Positions 19,140-27,808 of a DNA stretch of 35,355 nucleotides are shown piece by piece. Source of the DNA: Trichomonas gallinae. Lineage: Eukaryota. Below the pieces are notes generated by a model. That model was not told where the DNA came from and did no database searches. It saw only the letters and a list, made by a program, of their open reading frames with translations. A program made the position numbers and the translations under genes. The stretch's first letter is position 1. The number at the start of each line of letters is the position of its first letter. The DNA is taken from NCBI GenBank assembly GCA_008369845.1, contig MRSU01003038.1:1-35355 (forward strand). The letters run 5' to 3'.

Positions 19140-21815
19140 TTATTTAAATAGCTGGCTACTACCCATTTTGATAACTTTCCTTTGAGTTGGAAGAATATCA
19201 ACTAAAATCTTTCCGACTTGAACTCTCAGTCTTTCTACGATACATATTATTCCTCCAATGAATTGTTTTTCGTGGTAAGTTGATGCGTGAACTCTTACTC
19301 CAATGCAAGCACCGCAATTGCAGCATGCACGTTCGTAAGCAGACTTATCATCTTCATAGTAAACATTGTCTGAAAAAGATAAACTTGCGTTGACTAAATC
19401 AATTCTTCTTATCAGGAAGAAATCGTCTTCGGGTCCTGCTCCTGTCAGTTCTTTCACGCCATTTTTGATGACAGGGAATGTCTGGCCATTATGCACGCGT
19501 GTGCACTCAATGATTTTCTGGCCGCAATCAGCACAATAAAAATCTGTTGGTGATTCAGGCTTAATTTGAAACTTGTGGGGAAATCTAGTCATCATGTTAT
19601 TATAGAATTGAGCCAACTGCGATTTGATCTGATTGAGTGGAACACCAACTTTTATATTATTCTTCAGCCATTTAGGAAATCTTTGCAATTCATTGGGGAA
19701 TCTTTTGTCTATCAAAATCACTGCGCCATAGTCATTTCTATGCCTAATGCATCTACCTATTGCCTGGAATAAAGCTCTGTATGCTTGAGCGTCATACCAA
19801 CTTGATCCTCCATTCTTGAATTTTGAGTCGTTGTATTCTCTTTTCAGTCTGACTTCAAGGTCATAAGCCATTGGGAAAGGAATACCAAAGGCAAAAACAG
19901 CGCGAGCTTGTTCATCGATGAAATCAATACCTTCGCTAGATCTTCCTCTAAAGACGCCGATGAGAAAAGCTCCAGTTCCACTTGATGCTGCTGCTTTGTA
20001 ATTCGCGAAAAATTCTGGCTCAGAGTCTGGCATTTCGTAGAAGATTGGCTTGATCTGGTCAATGGCATCATAAATGCCGAGTCTTTTCCATGTGTCGAGC
20101 ATCTGCATCAAAAAAGAATGTGAAGTGACAAAAAACAAAACACCATTTGGAATGACTGGCAAAAAATTCAAGAAGATTTCTCCAAGAGCTTTGTTGATAT
20201 TCTGGCGCTGTCCATCTCCTTCAAGAACAGCGTGTGTTGATGACATTGCTGTTCCATTCGGTGTTTCTGTTATAGTGAACCCAATAACTTGCGATGGATC
20301 AATTACGTGAGGAGCAGATAAACGAATCGGAAACTTCACGCCAAGTTCATCTTCAAATGTTTCAAGAGGTGTCAATGTACCTGAAGCTAGGATGACAGAG
20401 TGTGCTTCACGCGATGGCCAGTTAAAAACAGCGCCTGGATTTAAGTTTAATCCATGAAAAGTATCTTGAGACTGATCGTTTTCATTTATTGTCACTGCGA
20501 TACAATAATCTTTAATTCCCGCGTAGTTATTCTTCATAGTCAACGCATACATCACCCATTGCTGTTCCAACTGACCACCAAGCATCATTGGCACTTTATC
20601 TAAGTCTCCATATTGCTCCGGAAAGTTCATTGAATTCGAAAATTTAAAAATACAATCAAAGGCAGCTACAAGTCTCGGATAAGTTGATTGGTTGAGAGAC
20701 CAAGTGTCATACAAAGCTGCATTGTCTGGAACAACGTATTCCTTCTTTCCCTGAGATCTCAGCATTTTAGTTATACCATCAAACCATTGGAACTGTTTGA
20801 CAAGTAAATCTAGAACAATCAGAAAAGCTCTCCTTCTTGGTGTATCTTCTGGGAATTTTTTAAGCTGTGTTCTTATGTACATTAATGACCAATCTAACTT
20901 ATCCCTCGATTGGTGGAACGTACCTCCATCTCTGCATGAGTTTTCTATGTTGTGTGCTTCATCTATTATCAAATAAACGCCTGATAAATCGAGCTGCATT
21001 TGTCCTTTGATTTTCGGGTCCAAGAAATAGTTGTAGGGACAGAAAACAATGTCAGCAGCCATCATCATCCTTCTAGAGATAACATACGGGCAACCTTTAT
21101 ATCTCCTGCACCAGTCTTTCAAGTCTTCTATTTCGAATTTATCGTGTGATCCATATGGTTTAAATTCTTTTGGAATTTTGTTTGTCTTATCATATGGGCA
21201 GCCTCCATATTTAGCTAAGTCACTGCATTTGCCATCAACGTCGCCGCAATTCATGACTTTTGGATTAATGCAAACTTGTGCGCGCGAAGCCATTATAACC
21301 ATCTGAGGATGAAATGGTAATTTTTTCATTTCTCGCACGAGTTGCTTCAATTGCTGGTGTGTGCGTGTTGCATACCATATCTGCCCTTTGTGCTGCTTCT
21401 GTTTAACGATGAAATCTGTTGTATATTCGGAAGATGAATCAATTTTATCTGTAGTAGGGTATCGAGGAATTTGATCTGGATTCATGCCTTTCGTAAGTAA
21501 TGGTGAGAAAATTTCCTGTTGTGAGTTAACTAATGAAAGAGGAGGGAAAAATCCGAGATAACTTTTGATAACAGGCGGGTCTATTTTGCCTGGTGGCTCG
21601 ATGGTTGTTTCTTTTAGATGTTTTTGATATGCGAGGGCTGCTGCAAGAAGAGCAGCGGACTTACCTGTGCCCGTTGGAGATTCAAGAATTGCATTCTGTC
21701 CATTTCTCATCGATCTAATTACACCAGACATGAGTGCCATCTGCGCAGCATATGGTTTCTCATGGGGGAATGGAACATTTACGCCTGCAATTAGAAATTT
21801 ATGTTCTTCATTCAT
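19140..21815 (-). CDS. XPD/Rad3-family Fe-S 5'-3' DNA helicase, FANCJ(BRIP1)/RTEL1-like, with C-terminal Zn-binding domain (about 891 aa)
   Basis: Q motif FPHEKPYAAQ, LESPTGTGKS, TRTHQQL, Fe-S cysteines (CIN..C..CPY..CPY), IIDEAHN, ASGTL.P, RGRSSEGIDF, GIPFP and QAIGRCIRHRNDYG. The ORF-track start is TTG. ATG 21815 has TCATAA just upstream. Confidence 0.93.
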   Translation of the reverse strand: MNEEHKFLIAGVNVPFPHEKPYAAQMALMSGVIRSMRNGQNAILESPTGTGKSAALLAAALAYQKHLKETTIEPPGKIDPPVIKSYLGFFPPLSLVNSQQEIFSPLLTKGMNPDQIPRYPTTDKIDSSSEYTTDFIVKQKQHKGQIWYATRTHQQLKQLVREMKKLPFHPQMVIMASRAQVCINPKVMNCGDVDGKCSDLAKYGGCPYDKTNKIPKEFKPYGSHDKFEIEDLKDWCRRYKGCPYVISRRMMMAADIVFCPYNYFLDPKIKGQMQLDLSGVYLIIDEAHNIENSCRDGGTFHQSRDKLDWSLMYIRTQLKKFPEDTPRRRAFLIVLDLLVKQFQWFDGITKMLRSQGKKEYVVPDNAALYDTWSLNQSTYPRLVAAFDCIFKFSNSMNFPEQYGDLDKVPMMLGGQLEQQWVMYALTMKNNYAGIKDYCIAVTINENDQSQDTFHGLNLNPGAVFNWPSREAHSVILASGTLTPLETFEDELGVKFPIRLSAPHVIDPSQVIGFTITETPNGTAMSSTHAVLEGDGQRQNINKALGEIFLNFLPVIPNGVLFFVTSHSFLMQMLDTWKRLGIYDAIDQIKPIFYEMPDSEPEFFANYKAAASSGTGAFLIGVFRGRSSEGIDFIDEQARAVFAFGIPFPMAYDLEVRLKREYNDSKFKNGGSSWYDAQAYRALFQAIGRCIRHRNDYGAVILIDKRFPNELQRFPKWLKNNIKVGVPLNQIKSQLAQFYNNMMTRFPHKFQIKPESPTDFYCADCGQKIIECTRVHNGQTFPVIKNGVKELTGAGPEDDFFLIRRIDLVNASLSFSDNVYYEDDKSAYERACCNCGACIGVRVHASTYHEKQFIGGIICIVERLRVQVGKILVDILPTQRKVIKMGSSQLFK

Positions 21816-22976
21816 ATTATGATTGTTAAACGTCCATTTCACATAAAAATTTTGTGCGTGCATTTCATATAGATTCATTTGATCAGAAAATTTCCAACAT
21901 TTGGGTAAATATGAGAGAAAAAAAAAATTTACCAAGTCAAATCATCAAAACAATATGATATTTTTTATTTTTATAACCTCTATATAATGGATTTCATTGA
22001 GAAAATGGATGAAAATTTTGTTATAATTTGGACAAATGTAATACGGACAAAGTGATCCATGCTTATACCTATTTTCATAAGAATCAACTATTTGCAAATA
22101 TCTATAGGTGAAGCATGATTGGATACCAGTCCCAGTTATTTTATTGCATTATGAACAAAAAATAATTTCAAATTAAAATCAAAGTCGTTTAAAACTCAAA
22201 ATTTGTATGCCATGCATGATACAATAGCGCAAATTATTGTTTTGTTATGTTAAAACTATATGTTAAAATCGAAAATTTTACTTCATTATACGAAAATTTT
22301 GGTGCATCATATGTTCTCCTACTGTGATAGTGCTTAGATATCATACCTATAGATACTTGAAGATGTATATATTATTATAATATTAGTTTGAGTTAAATTA
22401 TCGGCAGCGTCGAAATTTCATTACCTTTAATCAATCAATATATTCAGCAGTTAAAGCTCAAAAACCTTCTCATTCAATTGTTTTCAAAACTTTACTCGAT
22501 GCTACGGTTATTGGTAGGAATAGAACTGTGTTCATTAGCATGCACATCAATTCCAACCAATAATTGCAGCAATGAATCAATATGTAGCACCAAAATATGA
22601 ATTTAATTATCTCATTGACTCCTTTGGTGAGAACTGCAGATGCCGCTGTGCCACTCGATGTAGTTGCGTTAGAAAAGGTGACACAGAGATTTTTCGATTT
22701 ATATTTGAATGCTCATAGATGCAATCACACTTTTGACATCTATGTTTTTATGTGTCAATTTCAAAATTTACATGACATTTCTTATTATTATTTTTGTTGT
22801 TATCGTTTTCGTGACTATTTTGCATTACTTAAAATCCGAGACCTGTCACCTTTTTGCAACATTTAGCAACTGACATCGAAAATGACAAATGCACCCAAAA
22901 ATTTTTGGCCTTTGACCCGCAAAACAGTTTACAAATGAGAATAATCAAATTATAAAACAACAATATTTATAACAAT

Positions 22977-24941
22977 TTATAAAGAGAAAGATGGGTTAGG
23001 TTCTTCTACACGTTGCTGGCTTGGCCTGCCGATATCTTGCACAGATACCTTTTTGCCATCTGTCCTGCATAAAACTAAATCAGCGAGCTTTTGCGCTTCT
23101 TCCAGTGCCTGAATGTAGCAAACTTCTTTCTTTGCGTTTTTAACTCTCTCATATTTGCACAATGCTTTCTGAGTCTTCTCCCACTGATCAAGGAACTTTG
23201 GGATTCCACCGTGAACGTTGTCATCCAGAATAACTGGATTTATTTCGTTCGCTATTCTCAGCATTATTGGCTGCGTTTCTCCTTCGAGCATGTCTTGAGG
23301 AGTCTGGCATGTAGATATTGTGTCCATTCCGCGCGTCAAGTCGATTCCGTTTTCATCTGTTGGCATAAGTAACTCAAACCTGTCGCAAGAGACAACAAAA
23401 TTGCATCTCGTCAGCGAATATTTAACGTGCTCAATGAAATTCGCCTTATTTGTAAACTCAGTGAATGGAGGAACAGGTCCTATCATTACATCTGCGTCTG
23501 CGAGGTTGTCAACGAAAACTGTGATGTTCTCATATCCAACTGCAGAAGAAAGAATTGACGGCATCGATAAAACGCAAGATATCCAGTTTTCAAGCGCTTC
23601 ATCATTTCTCCATGTCTCAGCAAACATCCTCGCGGCAACTTCGACGTCGTGATAAGGATGCAAACCTTTAGACGGCTGCTCGAAATCTAAGATAGAAAGC
23701 ATCTGCTTCTTGATTCTTGGTATGTATTGTAAAGTTGAAGGATTTTGTGCGGAAATTGCTGACAAAACCAAGTCAAGCATCTTCTTGTATAGCTTGTCTG
23801 GCTGCTTAACTAGTTTAGCAATCTCTTTGGCATCGAATCCGAAGACGAAATGCGACTTCCATCTTCCGCAAGCAACAAGTTGTGACGTGTAAAGTTTAGC
23901 GAAAGATCTCATTAATGATGGAACGCCGGAATTTGGCGGACCAACGATATTCACTTTGATTATGTGGTGTATAGAGTCAGTGCCTACTAGGAGTGCGTGA
24001 TTTGCTAGTGTATCATAAGCCAGTCCGTCATTTAATGGCTCGAAAGTTGTTTCTTCTTCTCTGTTGAAGAAAATCATCTCGCTGACGTTTTTCTGCCATA
24101 ATTGTGCTTGTTCTGATTCTTTGTTTTCTAGGTCCTTAGGAACATCAATTCCTTTGATTCCAAAGTTTGGTGGCGTTGCAATTCCAAATGAATCTAATTG
24201 ATTTAATGAAGCATAAGCGGAAATTGCTTTTCCATCTGTGTCTTTCATGCCAGATTTCATGCTTGCTGCTCTAACACTTGCAATTCTTGATCTAGCAACT
24301 GATCCTGATTCAGATCCAAATCTGCTCCGTAATCTTTGTGAAACTGCTGAAATTGACATTGAATCATCTATTGCTTCGGAAATGGTACTGTCTGACATTG
24401 AATCTACTGATTTCTGTTCTTCAGGAACAATTCTTGATGAAAATCTCGAAGATCTTGCGCTCGCACGAGAGCAAACAGAGAACTTTGAAGAGCGTACTGG
24501 TGCTTCTTCCTTCTCATGTACTTGAATTGCTTCGATTTTCTGTATTTTTGTCTTAATAATCAATTCTTTCTTTTCTTTCGCTTCTAATTTTGCCTTTTTG
24601 AGCTTATTTTTGATGTCATTTTCAGGAACTTTGAATAGTTCGTATTTCTCTGTGATTGTTTCTGTTAAATCTGTCGTTGCTTGATCGATTGGAACAAAAT
24701 CAGCAGAAATTTCTGTGACATAATAAGTTTCTCCGAAAACGAACTCTGATGGTGACTCAATTGTTTGACTATCAATGTTCAAAAATCGTCTTAAATTTGG
24801 TTTATCAAAAATTTTGCAGCAAGATTTGAGCATTGCATCAATATTATCAACAATATGGACTTTTTTCTTGTTCTTTGAGTCATCTTCGAGCACTACATAT
24901 ATATAATTATATAATTTTGGAGGCTTTTCGCTATTTTTCAT
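22977..24941 (-). CDS. Hypothetical protein (about 654 aa): N-terminal DCX/ubiquitin-like domain, S/R-rich linker, degenerate P-loop domain
   Basis: Long ORF. N-terminal 'MLKSCCKIF..RRFLN.D...IE...EFVFGETYYVT' pattern, VNIVGPPNSGVPS and ITVFVDN. Track start 24950 is GTG, so ATG 24941 is used. Confidence 0.8.
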   Translation of the reverse strand: MKNSEKPPKLYNYIYVVLEDDSKNKKKVHIVDNIDAMLKSCCKIFDKPNLRRFLNIDSQTIESPSEFVFGETYYVTEISADFVPIDQATTDLTETITEKYELFKVPENDIKNKLKKAKLEAKEKKELIIKTKIQKIEAIQVHEKEEAPVRSSKFSVCSRASARSSRFSSRIVPEEQKSVDSMSDSTISEAIDDSMSISAVSQRLRSRFGSESGSVARSRIASVRAASMKSGMKDTDGKAISAYASLNQLDSFGIATPPNFGIKGIDVPKDLENKESEQAQLWQKNVSEMIFFNREEETTFEPLNDGLAYDTLANHALLVGTDSIHHIIKVNIVGPPNSGVPSLMRSFAKLYTSQLVACGRWKSHFVFGFDAKEIAKLVKQPDKLYKKMLDLVLSAISAQNPSTLQYIPRIKKQMLSILDFEQPSKGLHPYHDVEVAARMFAETWRNDEALENWISCVLSMPSILSSAVGYENITVFVDNLADADVMIGPVPPFTEFTNKANFIEHVKYSLTRCNFVVSCDRFELLMPTDENGIDLTRGMDTISTCQTPQDMLEGETQPIMLRIANEINPVILDDNVHGGIPKFLDQWEKTQKALCKYERVKNAKKEVCYIQALEEAQKLADLVLCRTDGKKVSVQDIGRPSQQRVEEPNPSFSL

Positions 24942-24961
24942 TTGATGCACGTTTAAAATAA

Positions 24962-25021
24962 TATTTACATGTCATATTTCGTATTTACATGTCATAAATA
25001 CTGAGAAATTTGACATGTAAA
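24962..25021. promoter_or_regulatory. Triple TGACATGTAAA motif cluster in a 90-bp divergent promoter
   Basis: Exact 15-bp direct repeat TATTTACATGTCATA at 24962 and 24982, plus inverted core TGACATGTAAA at 25011-25021. Confidence 0.6.
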
Positions 25022-25031
25022 GTTAATCAAA

Positions 25032-25622
25032 ATGATTTTTTCCTTTTTCTTGATTTTCACTTCATCATTGGCTGAAGTTTGCTACAACTCAGTTGTTCAG
25101 CTGGAAAACTTCGCGACGAAGACAAAACTCGGTATTGTCTACGACGAAAACGACGCTAGATTTAAAAAACCAACAATCACAACAACAAACCCGCCATTCA
25201 ACGATGCATGGAACTGGGTTATCTTAGACCCATTAAATCCGAAATCTACAGAGATAGTTAAGTGCGGCCAAAATATTATGCTTTATAATGCTTACAGAGA
25301 AATTTATTTGAACACAAGATACGATGATGTACAGAATAAGCATATTGTTTTTGCGTCTAAAGTTCCAAATGACAAAATGTCGCTATTTTCTTTGGAATGC
25401 AAGGAAAGCGGCTTCCTTCACCCAACCGATGAGTTTTTCCTCAAAAGTAGCGACGCTGACTGCTACATTTATACTTCTTTTGAAGCTGAGCATCCAGAAA
25501 TGCAAAATGCTTTCTTAGTCAACTGCTCTTCACTCAATCCAAAGAGCATTTGGTATATTGAAGGTGGTATTTTCATTTTACCTCCAGAAAAAGAAACTGG
25601 ACCGATTTCTAACGAATTGTAA
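25032..25622 (+). CDS. MIR-domain (beta-trefoil) SDF2-like ER protein
   Basis: Signal peptide, VCYNSVVQLEN..T..KL, W.W.I, VKCGQNIML.N, three repeats ending in W/F, and a C-terminal SNEL resembling an ER retrieval signal. Confidence 0.75.
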   Translation: MIFSFFLIFTSSLAEVCYNSVVQLENFATKTKLGIVYDENDARFKKPTITTTNPPFNDAWNWVILDPLNPKSTEIVKCGQNIMLYNAYREIYLNTRYDDVQNKHIVFASKVPNDKMSLFSLECKESGFLHPTDEFFLKSSDADCYIYTSFEAEHPEMQNAFLVNCSSLNPKSIWYIEGGIFILPPEKETGPISNEL

Positions 25623-25838
25623 ATATATAACTTTTGTAAATTAATCATTTAAATCATTTGTTGCAATTTTGCTTGCCTTAGATAGATAAAACCCTAGAAA
25701 ATGACTTTGATTCAAAAAAAAAAATTAAAAAAAATAGAAAAAAGCTTGTCTTGAGTTGTAAGATTATTAAATGGTTTTATGGATAATTTGTATAAAGAAG
25801 TAAAAAGAAAATAGCAAAAAAGAATAAATTCAATCAAA

Positions 25839-26804
25839 TTATTTTGCAGCAGGAGGAGCTTGTTCTCCGGCTGGTGCAGCGTTTTCGCCTTCTGCTGGCT
25901 TATGTTCATCGTCTGACTCTTCAAGGAGTTTCATGTTGTCAGGCAGCTTCTTCGCACGCCTTGAACCAAGAATAACGCCGAGGATTGAGAGGATAAGGAA
26001 GAATGCAACGACAGCGATGATAATATAAGCGACTGTGCCGAGCTTGACTGCGGTTGTCGGTGTCGGAAGAGGTGTAGCAAATGAGCAGATTCCTTCCGCA
26101 AGAACTGTTTGTTCTGAAATAGTAGTTGGCAGACCATCCTTATATATGCATGAAGCATTGAGTTTAGTTTGTAAACCAGAAGGAACTCTAATATCAGATG
26201 TTGTGTTAATAATATCAGTATTATACAAGTAAAAACTATTAGCGGACTGGACGTAAACTGAGTAGTTACCTTCGCTGAATCTGATCTGAGTGCTATCGAG
26301 AACAGCATCGCATAATGATAAGAATAAATCTGACCCGCATAAGGCAGAGTTGTAATTGAAGTGGCTGCTGGATATAGTTAAGTTAAGGTATGTTCCGTCG
26401 GCAAATATTGCGCCGCCCTGTTGTGCATTGTTATATTCTAAGTAGCAGCTAGAAATGAAAATTTCCAAATCGCCATCTATCTCAATGGCGCCTCCGAAGA
26501 ATGTCGCTGTGTTGTTGAAGAAGTTTGTGTTTGAAATATTGACTTGAGAAGTGATTGTGACTTTCGTTGAATTAGTATTGGCTTCATGGAAAACTAATGG
26601 GGAATTCAAGAATTTGGAGAACTTTGATTTCGTAATATAAGCGTCTGTTTTGAGAATATTGAAGTATAAGAAATTGTGTGAAAATTTATTCGCGTTAATG
26701 TTATGAAAAACGAGTCTGTTGTAGCCCGCTGAGCTCTTTGACGTAAAGAAAGGCGAGCTGAGTGTCTGTCTTGAGATTGCTAAAGAAGAAATTGTTATGT
26801 TCAT
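25839..26804 (-). CDS. Polymorphic membrane protein (Pmp)-like single-pass surface protein
   Basis: FxxN/GGAI repeats (FFNNTA..GGAI; YNNAQQGGAI; FNYNSA), a P/T linker TPLPTPTT, TM helix VAYIIIAVVAFFLILSILGVILG and a short acidic tail. Confidence 0.82.
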   Translation of the reverse strand: MNITISSLAISRQTLSSPFFTSKSSAGYNRLVFHNINANKFSHNFLYFNILKTDAYITKSKFSKFLNSPLVFHEANTNSTKVTITSQVNISNTNFFNNTATFFGGAIEIDGDLEIFISSCYLEYNNAQQGGAIFADGTYLNLTISSSHFNYNSALCGSDLFLSLCDAVLDSTQIRFSEGNYSVYVQSANSFYLYNTDIINTTSDIRVPSGLQTKLNASCIYKDGLPTTISEQTVLAEGICSFATPLPTPTTAVKLGTVAYIIIAVVAFFLILSILGVILGSRRAKKLPDNMKLLEESDDEHKPAEGENAAPAGEQAPPAAK

Positions 26805-27701
26805 AAAATTTTTTTATTTTATTTTGTAAACCTTTGTAAATTTTTTTTATTCTGGTAAAAACTAGAAAAATGTTGTCTTTTGTTATTTCGAACGGTTTAC
26901 GGCTATTTTGCATTAGTTTTTCGTTTCGGTCCGGTTTTTGTAGTTTTGATTGTCCAATCAAAAAATGCATAGCTTAAAATGGCTGATTTAGCATTCTATA
27001 ATGAATATAGATAAAATATTGTATCTATTTGCCACAATGAAAACCCAAAATGATAAGGTTTTCAAATTTGTTTTATTTATTTCGCAATGCTAGCGACTAT
27101 TAAGTATGCAATTTTATAGTATACATTAAATGTGGTTTATTGGTATAACATCATTGGTCTCAAAACAATATCAAACAATATTTGACATGTAAAATGCTGA
27201 TTTCAAAAATATTACAGAGTATGCTTTGGCTTCCTATGATCAATATATGAAGTACAATGATTCTTTTAATCGCAACTGCACTATGAAATCAAATAAATGC
27301 ATATTTTATTTTTAAAGAAAAAAAATTGATGGATAATGTGATGTGTACATATGCAATTATAACAGCGTATAATAAGAACAAAAGTAATTTGTTTGAAGCG
27401 CTCATGAAATTGGAGTATTTCTCAAACTGCATAAGTGTTTTCGAAGTAGTAGCAGCAACAGATAAAACAATAGATTAAATAGCTCATTTCGCCCTTATTA
27501 TATTATAATTTCTTTTTTCCCTCTCTTCAAATATGTGATATTGCAATACAAATATATTATAATGATTGGTAAAGTAAGATAAAGCACCGTACTTAATGAT
27601 TTGTGCTCGTTTCAACTTTGTTCTATTATAATTTTTTCTCATTCTTTTCGAATATGTTGCATTTCATTGTTCTCAGTCGAATAATGATAGTGAATTGTTT
27701 T

Positions 27702-27772
27702 TGTCATGTAAATTGATTTTTGTTGTGTAAATAGATTTTGTCATGTAAATAAATAACTAATTTTACATGTCA
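27702..27772. promoter_or_regulatory. Cluster of TGNCATGTAAA motifs upstream of the GAF gene
   Basis: TGTCATGTAAA at 27702 and 27739, degenerate TGTTGTGTAAA at 27721, and inverted TTTACATGTCA at 27762. Confidence 0.55.
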
Positions 27773-27808
27773 AAGAATTTTCACGTTTTTTATTTTAGTT
27801 ATTTTTTT

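Noticed and set aside
22597..22866. 89-aa plus-strand ORF
   Set aside because: No recognisable homology, and it runs into low-complexity AT-rich sequence.
26891..26959. M3-like AACGGTTT and CCAAT upstream of the Pmp-like gene
   Set aside because: Short single matches on the strand opposite to the gene, which could easily arise by chance.
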